Assembly (NCBI GenBank): GCA_048882325.1
Contig: JBHLRS010000062.1
Coordinates: 1-13,702 of the forward strand
From: Candidatus Thorarchaeota archaeon
GTDB lineage: Archaea; Asgardarchaeota; Thorarchaeia; Thorarchaeales; Thorarchaeaceae
Direction: 5' to 3'
DNA: 13,702 nt
Part shown: in pieces, positions 1 to 7,591 of the stretch
Layout: every line of letters begins with the position of its first letter
Position numbering within the stretch: position 1 is the first letter of the stretch
Position numbers and translations under genes: made by a program
The notes under the pieces: generated by a model
Seen by the model: only the letters and a program-made list of their open reading frames with translations
The model's database searches: none
What the model was told of the DNA's origin: nothing

Positions 1-2144
1 GGATTATCAATATCATACCAACCAGACCCGTCCCAAAATTGGATTAACACTTCTTCACCTGCAAGAGGTGGTGTGCCGCCAAGATATGTTAGTACTCCTT
101 GAATATCAAAAAGGGTTTCATCCACATATAGTTGAGTGGGAGCTGTGATCGCTATCTCGAGATAGTATCTCTGAAGCTGAATCTGTGGTGCGATTGAGCT
201 AAAAGCATTATCATAAATCGGTGTCCAGGAGGTCCAATTCACAAGAACGTCTATAGAACCAGGATTATCCTGAGTCGGTGTGCAGTTGTAGAGCATTTGG
301 TAGTATCCAAATGCATCGGTCTTTTTCTGGAAGACAAATGTCCCAGTTGCATTGACCCAGTGAATATAGACAATCTCAGATGCGATGGGAGTACCATTCG
401 CGAACTGGAGAAAACCATAGAGTAGAACGGTTTCATTAACGTAGTAGGTCCCGAAGTCCTCCTGAATCGATATGAGGGTACCAGTGGCAACAACATCAAG
501 TGGTACAAGTGAGGACTGGCCATCATAGACATTATAGTATGGAGATGAGTAGTTTGCCCAAATGGTGACTGTTTCGGTGGCTTGTCCTATTGGAATTGTG
601 TATTGATGTAGATATCCGCCGGTGGAGTTAGTCATAACGCTTCCAATATAGAAGACTCCAGTGCTATTCTGTAACCAGAAATCTACCCACTGATTTGCCA
701 ATGGTAGTGAGAACTCCGAAAGCGACAGATTACCTTGTATATCGATTGGCTGGAGCAAGAACACAGGATTAGGAGTGACAAAGATTGGATCTAGGGAAAC
801 ATCGAACTTCTTCACGGTTAGGAATCGATGGATTGATTCGCAACTTGCCAGTGTCGGTGAAAGCGACGTGAAGTTTGACCAGTACTCAACCAGACCATCA
901 TCAGAATCCAGAAGTGTATAGTTCAACTCGTAATATCCATCTGGGGCCGTGAGAACAGAACCCAAGTGAATCAAGGACCCATTGTTCCACCAGATATCCA
1001 CCCATTGACCTCCAATACCAGTACCATTAGAAACATGTGTCAAATATCCAAAGATTGTGATATTATAGCCAACATAGTATGGATCAGGCAACCATTGATT
1101 GATTGAGAGCTGGGTACCACTAGAACCAACATTGATTGGGATATAGGTACTCCAGTTCCCCGCAATAAGAGGCCATGGAGAACTCCAGTTGGCATAGGCG
1201 AAGTAGGTTCCATCAGGTTGACTGACTGGTATTGTGTAACTCCAAGTGAACCCGCCAGTAGCGTTCAGGCCGCGTGTTGTGTTTGCCTGCGAGTGAAAGA
1301 ACACACCAACCTGTTGGCCCATAGGCAATACTGTGCCATTAAGGAAATAGACCACCCCATCATAGTCTATTGTTGACCCTGCAGGAACATCGGTTGGAAG
1401 TACTGTGAGATTAAAGCCCACTCTTCCCCATACCTCTGTCGTCGAGTTATCGCCAGAACGAGCCTCATTCAAACGAGGTATACCGTATTGGTCCCAGTCA
1501 CCCAAGTACCAAGACCAGACCTCATGGTCACCAACTGTCATTAAAGCGAGGGCTAAGGGATCCACGTAGATATCAAGCTCGTAGTACCCGTACTCATCAA
1601 TTGAAGCATTGCCCATGAACGTGTTGCCCCAGTAGATACCGATGTTACGATTATCGTATTTTGAACTATTGACAGGGACTCCTCCTACCTTCATTGTACC
1701 ATAGACATGGATAGTGTCCTCCCAGAATGCAAAATGAGTATCCACACCCTGACTCACATTGAGCTGCCTGGTTTCGCTCAGGACAAACCCATCAACTCCA
1801 GATGGGGGTGAGGGAGATGAGTCAGGATTAGGTGTTCCCACCGCAAAGATGGCAGTGCGGTTTGTAATAGAGAAATTGGCAGCAGTCCACGTTGCCGCAA
1901 TGATGTGATAATCCACAGTCGCATTTGATGGAAAGACGTAGGTCACATTGGCTATTGGTTTGTCTGGTGATTGGCCTATAGTTTGAACGCCAATGAACTC
2001 GGTGTCGGTTTCGTCATAGAAAGTGATGGTTTCAGGAGTTGTGACTGGAACACCATCGACAGTGATGTTCGCACTCAGCATGAAGGGAGTTCCAATCTGT
2101 TCCCAGGGTTGTCCATTAGATGGCCAGACGTTAAGCTGAACATT
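1..2144 (-). repeat. At least 7 degenerate protein-level Ig-like/beta-sandwich repeats (~100-110 aa each) within the surface protein
   Basis: Recurring pattern P..Y/F(V)G..I.I.G.L....G.P/G.....V.I.W.N......G...T...G.Y...YT.P......G.....AN(W/Y/F)(S/T)S. Approximate units: 2144-1840, 1766-1430, 1420-1125, 1115-812, 806-485, 479-175, 164-<1. A Pro/Ser linker GTPNPDSSPSPPSG lies at ~1795-1840. Not obviously repetitive at DNA level. Confidence 0.7.
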
Positions 2145-3431
2145 GGGTATTGGTGCGTTGGTTGGGACTTCATCGCCGCCCATATCACTAGGTAATGCCA
2201 AAGGAACGACCTGAATCCATTCCCCTTCGGTGGCTCCGGACATTGGTATAAAGACTTCTGACCAGAATGCCATATGTCTGACCTTGAGGGTTCTGTAGGA
2301 ATAGGTGGGATCAGCCTCTCCAACCGCATATCCCAAGGTCAATCGAGCTGGAATACCAAGTCCACGCATGAAGACACAGTAGGCAGTGGCAAAGTCCATC
2401 GGGAGTCCACCACCACGCTCTAGGAACCAGTCAGTGACCTCTTGACCAGCCGGTGGTCTCTCGAGGGAAGTGTAGGTGAGGTTGAACGTGGTCTGGAAGT
2501 AGAGATTCACAGCCATTGCAGTCTCATAAGCATTGTTCCCAACTCCAATGAACTGTGAGATGTTGTCTTGGACTCGCTGGGTGAGTGGGTCAGGTAAGTC
2601 CAGATAGACATCTGCCCAGCCTGGAGCAGAGGAGCCGGGTTGTGCATTTGCAGCAACATTAGCAAGGTCTTGGGTATCATAGGATAGCTGGAATGTAACG
2701 ATGACCTCCTCTCCAGTGGTTCCCTGAATGAATGGAGTGAAGAGAAGTGTATTGTAGGCGTCAGTTTCTAGATCATAGTCAAGTAGACGACCAGGGTCAG
2801 GGTAAGGATTTCCGTTCCCATCTATACTCCAGGTCACGAATGAGTCCTCAATGACTCTCAGGTCAGGATGAAGTGAAGGAAGCTCGATTGCCCCAACATT
2901 GGCTCCAGCTGTGGCGTTGAAGACAACTGTATAGATCTCGTTGGTTGCCTCACCGGTGGAGATAAGCTGTGTAAGGGCATCTAAAGGAATTGTGCCAATC
3001 TGGGTCTTCCCCCAATGTGCTCCGTCGTATGAATCATACGCCCCCACCCGCCATAGTTGCGGCGGGTCCGCTGGCGCTACTGTAAAGATGATGTTGTCCA
3101 GCTGGTCTAGTATGTCATCCGGTAGCTGTTGGTCGAGAGGGACATCTGTGTAATTGACATTGTCAAACCAGTTTGTCCTTCCTCCTGCAAACTGGTTATC
3201 ATAGGGCCAATATGGGATGTACTCGTACGGAAAATGAGGACTATAATCACGATTTGCCCCCCATTGAACAATCGCAAAATTATAGGTTGCCCAAACGAGA
3301 CTGGCGACTATGAAGATTGAGCTGATGAGGGTAGTAAGACCCATTCTTCTGCGGGAAGTTCTTGTTGCGGCGCTCACTGGACTAATCCTCTTATTCACCA
3401 TTTGGGAGATTTGGCGTGTCGTATAACTCAT
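1..3431 (-). CDS. Large membrane-anchored surface glycoprotein: N-terminal TM helix, TgpA/DUF3488-like segment, degenerate transglutaminase-like domain, tandem Ig-like repeats (3' end outside the window)
   Basis: Absent from the ORF track. Manual translation shows no stop from ATG 3431 (upstream in-frame TAA at 3444-3446) to base 1, i.e. 1143 codons; alternative starts are ATG 3401 and GTG 3398/3377. N-terminus MSYTTRQISQMVNKRISPVSAATRTSRRR, then hydrophobic MGLTTLISSIFIVASLVWATYNFAIVQW. It has LWRVGAYDSYDGAHW (TgpA-type WR...YD.YDG..W), DWFLERGGGLPMDFATAYCVFMRGLGIPARLTLGY...AFWSEVFI...EWIQVVP (transglutaminase core pattern), and then beta-rich ~100-110 aa repeats. Confidence 0.9.
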   Translation of the reverse strand, partial: MSYTTRQISQMVNKRISPVSAATRTSRRRMGLTTLISSIFIVASLVWATYNFAIVQWGANRDYSPHFPYEYIPYWPYDNQFAGGRTNWFDNVNYTDVPLDQQLPDDILDQLDNIIFTVAPADPPQLWRVGAYDSYDGAHWGKTQIGTIPLDALTQLISTGEATNEIYTVVFNATAGANVGAIELPSLHPDLRVIEDSFVTWSIDGNGNPYPDPGRLLDYDLETDAYNTLLFTPFIQGTTGEEVIVTFQLSYDTQDLANVAANAQPGSSAPGWADVYLDLPDPLTQRVQDNISQFIGVGNNAYETAMAVNLYFQTTFNLTYTSLERPPAGQEVTDWFLERGGGLPMDFATAYCVFMRGLGIPARLTLGYAVGEADPTYSYRTLKVRHMAFWSEVFIPMSGATEGEWIQVVPLALPSDMGGDEVPTNAPIPNVQLNVWPSNGQPWEQIGTPFMLSANITVDGVPVTTPETITFYDETDTEFIGVQTIGQSPDKPIANVTYVFPSNATVDYHIIAATWTAANFSITNRTAIFAVGTPNPDSSPSPPSGVDGFVLSETRQLNVSQGVDTHFAFWEDTIHVYGTMKVGGVPVNSSKYDNRNIGIYWGNTFMGNASIDEYGYYELDIYVDPLALALMTVGDHEVWSWYLGDWDQYGIPRLNEARSGDNSTTEVWGRVGFNLTVLPTDVPAGSTIDYDGVVYFLNGTVLPMGQQVGVFFHSQANTTRGLNATGGFTWSYTIPVSQPDGTYFAYANWSSPWPLIAGNWSTYIPINVGSSGTQLSINQWLPDPYYVGYNITIFGYLTHVSNGTGIGGQWVDIWWNNGSLIHLGSVLTAPDGYYELNYTLLDSDDGLVEYWSNFTSLSPTLASCESIHRFLTVKKFDVSLDPIFVTPNPVFLLQPIDIQGNLSLSEFSLPLANQWVDFWLQNSTGVFYIGSVMTNSTGGYLHQYTIPIGQATETVTIWANYSSPYYNVYDGQSSLVPLDVVATGTLISIQEDFGTYYVNETVLLYGFLQFANGTPIASEIVYIHWVNATGTFVFQKKTDAFGYYQMLYNCTPTQDNPGSIDVLVNWTSWTPIYDNAFSSIAPQIQLQRYYLEIAITAPTQLYVDETLFDIQGVLTYLGGTPPLAGEEVLIQFWDGSGWYDIDN

Positions 3432-3597
3432 GGTGGAGGCGAGTTACTCTCAAACGTCCTTTCCTAGCAATTAAAGGGTTGCTCAGCTGAACTCAATCTT
3501 GTTTATCGAAAGTAACTTGGCGAAAGAAACACCAGTAAATCACTATATTTGATGGTGTATAATAAGCACAACCACATAATAACAAGAGGTCAGCACA

Positions 3598-4182
3598 GTG
3601 GAGTTAGGTCATCGGTTGATTGAGGAATTTGTCAGAGAAAGTCTGGAGGAGAACAGCAAAGGAGCGCATACCTTTGACCATACAAAGAGAGTCTATGCTT
3701 TGTCAATGAAGATTGGGGAGGATGCAGGTGCGAATCTGAAGACACTTGGTGCTGCAGCACTCTTACATGACGTCGCTAGACCAATGGAGAGAGAAGCAGG
3801 GATTTCTCACTCCATTCTGTCAGGGGAGATGAGCAGGAGGGTATTGGATAAAGCTGGTTATGACTCTGAAGAAATTGCGAGCGTGATAGATACAATCAGG
3901 ACTCACAGATTCAGTGAAGGACTTGAGCCCAACTCACTTGAAGGAAAAATACTGAGTGATGTGGATAAGCTTGATGCCATGGGAGCTATTGGGGTGTTCC
4001 GAGCCATTGCTCAGGCTGAAAGCACAGGAGTAGGAATCAAAGGTTTCCTCGACCATGCTGATGAGAAACTACTACGCCTGAAAGACCTCATTTATACAGA
4101 GGGGGCTTTAGCAATTGCGGAGGAGCGCCATAGGACACTCGAGGCTTTTGTGTTACAACTAAGAGATGAGCTGCATTCATAG
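3598..4182 (+). CDS. HD-domain metal-dependent phosphohydrolase (YpgQ/YedJ-like)
   Basis: Motifs AHTFDHTKRV, AALLHDV, THRFS and SDVDKLDAMGAIG give the H..HD..D metal ligands. GTG start with GAGGT SD at 3586-3590. Confidence 0.9.
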   Translation: MELGHRLIEEFVRESLEENSKGAHTFDHTKRVYALSMKIGEDAGANLKTLGAAALLHDVARPMEREAGISHSILSGEMSRRVLDKAGYDSEEIASVIDTIRTHRFSEGLEPNSLEGKILSDVDKLDAMGAIGVFRAIAQAESTGVGIKGFLDHADEKLLRLKDLIYTEGALAIAEERHRTLEAFVLQLRDELHS

Positions 4183-4188
4183 TTTGCA

Positions 4189-4779
4189 TCATTTCCGGCT
4201 CAAGTATAACTCTAGATACGAATCACGGACCATATTATTTGAATCAATTCCAAGTTCATTCAGTATTTTGAAAATAAGCGACTTAGCAGATTCCATCTCA
4301 TCCTTTTTGTGAACAATGGACTCAAGTTCCAGAAATTGTCCAACTTGTTCTACGTCATCAACACTGATTGTGATATCACGGAGATCAAAGAATATCCTTT
4401 TCTTCGTGACAACTGCAACGGGTTTGAAATCAAGACTCTGTAAGATAGATGATACTGCATCAGTTTTATCGATTCCAACAGAGTATTCCAGACGGGTTTT
4501 GGTCTTCTTGTCTACCTTCGGACCTTTGTAGGTCAACTCATTTTGAGACCGTGTGGTATCTAATTCTTGGTCATCGAGAGGTCTTCTTGTCCGCACTCTA
4601 ATTGCTTCGTCAGTTTCCTGAAAAGATCGACAGGGATGATCATAGTAAGTGTCAATCTGAATCTCGCTGTTCAACATTTCAGCCCCGATATCAAGAAGTC
4701 TCTGTTTCATCTCTTCAGAATCCGTGATTATGGCCTTGACCTCAACCTCATATGACTCGGACACGATAATCATCCTCAA
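4189..4779 (-). CDS. cyaB: CYTH / triphosphate tunnel metalloenzyme, CyaB (class IV adenylate cyclase)-like
   Basis: N-terminal ExExK (YEVEVKA), QIDTYY, AIRVR, LTYKGPK, KTRLEY, VTKKR, DDVEQVGQFLELE and C-terminal SYLEL. The start is uncertain (TTG 4779, ATG 4773 or GTG 4764). The real activity may be triphosphatase rather than cyclase. Confidence 0.88.
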   Translation of the reverse strand: MRMIIVSESYEVEVKAIITDSEEMKQRLLDIGAEMLNSEIQIDTYYDHPCRSFQETDEAIRVRTRRPLDDQELDTTRSQNELTYKGPKVDKKTKTRLEYSVGIDKTDAVSSILQSLDFKPVAVVTKKRIFFDLRDITISVDDVEQVGQFLELESIVHKKDEMESAKSLIFKILNELGIDSNNMVRDSYLELYLSRK

Positions 4780-4854
4780 GAGATACCCTGAGTTTCAGGT
4801 TGTTAGGTGTTTCCATCCATAACCCAAATAACGGCGATGTATCAACCCTGAAGG

Positions 4855-6120
4855 GTGGGTGTCACTGTGACTAGTATCAAGACCATCAAATGTGCGAAAT
4901 GTGGCAAAGAGTATGACGAGTCCTCAGTACCTCCTAATGATGGATGTGGGGGAAGAATAGACTTTGAGTTTGATCTAGAGATAATCAAAGAAACAATAAC
5001 CAGAGAGAGTCTTGAAAGAAGAACCCCTGGACTCTGGAAGTACTTCGAACTGATGCCTTTGAGGGACCGCAGGAACATTGTGACATTGGGAGAAGGCGGA
5101 ACACCACTGGTTGACAGCAAGATGTTTGCTGATGCATGGAAACTGAAGAACCTCTCATTGAAGATTGAAACAGTGAATCCTTCGGGATCCTTCAAAGACC
5201 GGCCAATCTGTGTGGGAGTAAGCAGAGCTCTGGAAGATGGTGCAAAAACAGTTTCAGCAGCATCATCAGGAAATGCAGCAGCCTCAATGTCTACATTTGC
5301 AGCACGGGCAGGACTCCAGGCAGTTGTCTTTGTACCAGAGGATGCACCTAAGGGTAAATTGATTCACCTTCGGACACTGGGAGCAAAGGTCTTCAGGGTC
5401 AAGAAAGTCAAGGAAGGAATAGATCCTACAACCACTCTTTTACACGCCGCTATTGCAGAGTTTGGTTGGACGCCTACACCGTCATTCGGGCCATTCAACT
5501 GCTTCCAGTTCGAGGGTACCAAGTCAATGGGCTATGAAATAGCTGAACAGACCCAATGGGATCCACCAGACTGGATTCTTTTTCCAACCGGCAGTGGTGG
5601 ATTGATGGCGGGTACAATGAAGGGCTTCTGGGAGTTCAGAGAGATGGGACTGATTGGCAAGATACCGAGACCTGTGGTAGTGCAGCCAGAGGGCTGTGCG
5701 CCAATAGTAAGGGCATTTAAAGAGGGACAAGACCCCCTAGATATCATTCCTTGGGACTCCAATGAAACCGTAGCGGGTGGTCTTGCAGATCCATTTCCAT
5801 GGGATGGTGATGCAGCCCTCAAGTATCTCAAGCTAGCAAAGGGTGAGGTGGTTGCAGTACCAGACGACGAGATTGAGAAAGCATTAGTTCTTCTTGGCAA
5901 ACTAGAAGGAGTATTCGCTGAACCAAGTGGAGTCGCAGCCATGGCAGGACTCAAGGCCCTAGTGGACCAGGGTACAATAGACAGATCTGACAGGATTGTA
6001 GTGCCAATAACTGGCTCAGGATTCAAGGATTTAGATACCCCAGATAGGCTGACAACAGAGGTGCAGTTGATACCTCCAGACACGGCAGAACTCAAGAAGG
6101 CACTCGAGAGTTACGATTGA
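4855..6120 (+). CDS. Threonine synthase-like fold-type II PLP enzyme with N-terminal Zn-ribbon-like segment
   Basis: TLGEGGTPL, NPSGSFKDR (Schiff-base Lys at 5194-5196), ASSGNA, PTGSGG, EGVFAEPSG, ITGSGFKD; N-terminal CAKC...GCGG. Residues for the substrate phosphate look altered (see findings), so the thrC symbol is withheld. Confidence 0.85.
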   Translation: MGVTVTSIKTIKCAKCGKEYDESSVPPNDGCGGRIDFEFDLEIIKETITRESLERRTPGLWKYFELMPLRDRRNIVTLGEGGTPLVDSKMFADAWKLKNLSLKIETVNPSGSFKDRPICVGVSRALEDGAKTVSAASSGNAAASMSTFAARAGLQAVVFVPEDAPKGKLIHLRTLGAKVFRVKKVKEGIDPTTTLLHAAIAEFGWTPTPSFGPFNCFQFEGTKSMGYEIAEQTQWDPPDWILFPTGSGGLMAGTMKGFWEFREMGLIGKIPRPVVVQPEGCAPIVRAFKEGQDPLDIIPWDSNETVAGGLADPFPWDGDAALKYLKLAKGEVVAVPDDEIEKALVLLGKLEGVFAEPSGVAAMAGLKALVDQGTIDRSDRIVVPITGSGFKDLDTPDRLTTEVQLIPPDTAELKKALESYD

Positions 6121-6129
6121 GGTGGTAGC

Positions 6130-6582
6130 ATGGATGAAACAAAGATAAGAGAATACATGGCTGAAGCAATTGCCGAGGCTAAGAAAGGTCTTGCAGCTGG
6201 AGGAATACCAATCGGATCAGTGTTGGTAATAGATGACAAGATTGCAGGTAGAGGGCACAATCAACGGATACAGAAAGGTAGCGCTGTTTTGCATGCTGAA
6301 ATGGATTGTCTTGAGAATGCTGGTAGGTTGACTGCCAAAGACTATCAAAAGTCGGTGCTGTTCTCGACTCTATCACCATGCGACATGTGTAGCGGAGCTG
6401 TCCTACTTTATGGAATTCCTAAGGTCATTGTAGGCGAGAATAAGACCTTCCAAGGTCCTGAGCAGTATGTCAGTGACCGCGGCGTTGATGTCACAGTTCT
6501 CAATGACTCTGAGTGCATCGAGATGATGGAGAAGTTCATTGAGCAAAATCCGACTTTGTGGAACGAGGACATCGGTGAGTGA
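6130..6582 (+). CDS. Zn-dependent cytosine deaminase, Fcy1 (yeast)-type, CDA fold
   Basis: HAE and SPCDMC Zn motifs. GGIPIGS, GRGHN.R.QKGSA.LH, ENAGRL, YGIPKV.VGEN..F and C-terminal W.EDIGE match the yeast Fcy1 pattern as recalled. GAGGTGG SD at 6119-6125. Confidence 0.88.
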   Translation: MDETKIREYMAEAIAEAKKGLAAGGIPIGSVLVIDDKIAGRGHNQRIQKGSAVLHAEMDCLENAGRLTAKDYQKSVLFSTLSPCDMCSGAVLLYGIPKVIVGENKTFQGPEQYVSDRGVDVTVLNDSECIEMMEKFIEQNPTLWNEDIGE

Positions 6583-6604
6583 ATGACACAGCATTATTGG
6601 GGAT

Positions 6605-7591
6605 ATGAAGATGTCAAGTAAGGAACTCCGGCAAAGGGCAAAGGAACTGGCAAAGGAGTACGGATATCTCCAATACATGATTGAACGTTATCTATCGCTT
6701 TGGGGCGAAGAGGACACTCTGAGGTTCATTGAGGCTTGTGAGCAACAAATCAGAACTTCAATTCGAGTGAACACACTGAGATCGTCAGTGGGTGAAGTGA
6801 TTCACAGACTTCAAGGGAAAGGGGTCACACTTGACGAAGTGCCTTGGTTAGAGGAGGGCTTCTATGCTGACTTCAATAGTACTTCTCCAGGTGCCCTACT
6901 TGAACACATGTTGGGATTCTACTACATACAGGGAGTTCCCTCCATGACTGCTGTTTCTGTGCTGAATCCACAGCCAGGAGACATAGTCTTGGATCTGGCT
7001 GCTGCCCCAGGAGGAAAGACAACCCACATCGCTCAGTTAATGCGGAACGAAGGCATGGCCATAGCAATCGAACAGGACAGGCAACGCATGGCTAGTCTTC
7101 AAAGTAACATAATCAGGTGTGGCGCTACGAACACTCTTGTACTCCGTGGAGACGCGAGAAAGCTTGGTAGTATCCCCTTCGAGCCAAATAAGATTCTCCT
7201 AGATGCACCCTGTTCTGGAGAGGGACTCATTCCTCTGGATCCAACGAGAAAGACAAGTAAGACCATGGCTGACATTAGATTTTGCGCAACAAGAGAAGAT
7301 GAGATGCTAGAGGCTGCTGTCAATATCTTAGCCAATGACGGTACTATGGTTTACTCAACTTGCTCCATTGCTCCTGAGGAGAACGAATACATTGTAGATG
7401 ATATTCTAAAACGACATCCTGAGATGAGAGTAATGGAAATCACGACTGAGTTTGGTTCCCCTGGTTATTCTGACCCTTATGGTATCAAACTGAATGAGTC
7501 TTTGAAATTGTCAAGAAGATTTCTGCCTCATCTTCACGGAACTGAGGGGTTCTTCATCTGCAAACTGAAGAAGGAGGACAGCTCAGAATGA
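6605..7591 (+). CDS. RsmB/Nop2/NSUN family RNA cytosine-C5 methyltransferase
   Basis: IRVNTLR, YYIQG, motif I DLAAAPGGKT, motif IV LLDAPCSGEG, motif VI YSTCSIAPEENE and PHLHGTEGFF. Both catalytic cysteines are intact. Confidence 0.93.
   Translation: MKMSSKELRQRAKELAKEYGYLQYMIERYLSLWGEEDTLRFIEACEQQIRTSIRVNTLRSSVGEVIHRLQGKGVTLDEVPWLEEGFYADFNSTSPGALLEHMLGFYYIQGVPSMTAVSVLNPQPGDIVLDLAAAPGGKTTHIAQLMRNEGMAIAIEQDRQRMASLQSNIIRCGATNTLVLRGDARKLGSIPFEPNKILLDAPCSGEGLIPLDPTRKTSKTMADIRFCATREDEMLEAAVNILANDGTMVYSTCSIAPEENEYIVDDILKRHPEMRVMEITTEFGSPGYSDPYGIKLNESLKLSRRFLPHLHGTEGFFICKLKKEDSSE

Noticed and set aside
251-3320. Short track ORFs 251..532, 1971..2195, 2075..2329, 2941..3153 and 3129..3320
   Set aside because: All lie within, or antisense to, the continuous >1143-codon minus-strand gene and show no recognisable motifs.
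3335-3360. SRRRMGL as a Tat signal in the surface protein
   Set aside because: It lacks the F-L of S/T-R-R-x-F-L-K, and a basic patch before a TM helix is explained by the positive-inside rule. Tat export of such a large glycoprotein is unlikely.
4785-4852. ACCCTGA repeated at ~4785 and ~4845 (also ~11390), plus CCTGA-GTT-TCAGG
   Set aside because: 7-mers and 5-bp arms recur by chance in 13.7 kb; no consistent spacing to start codons.
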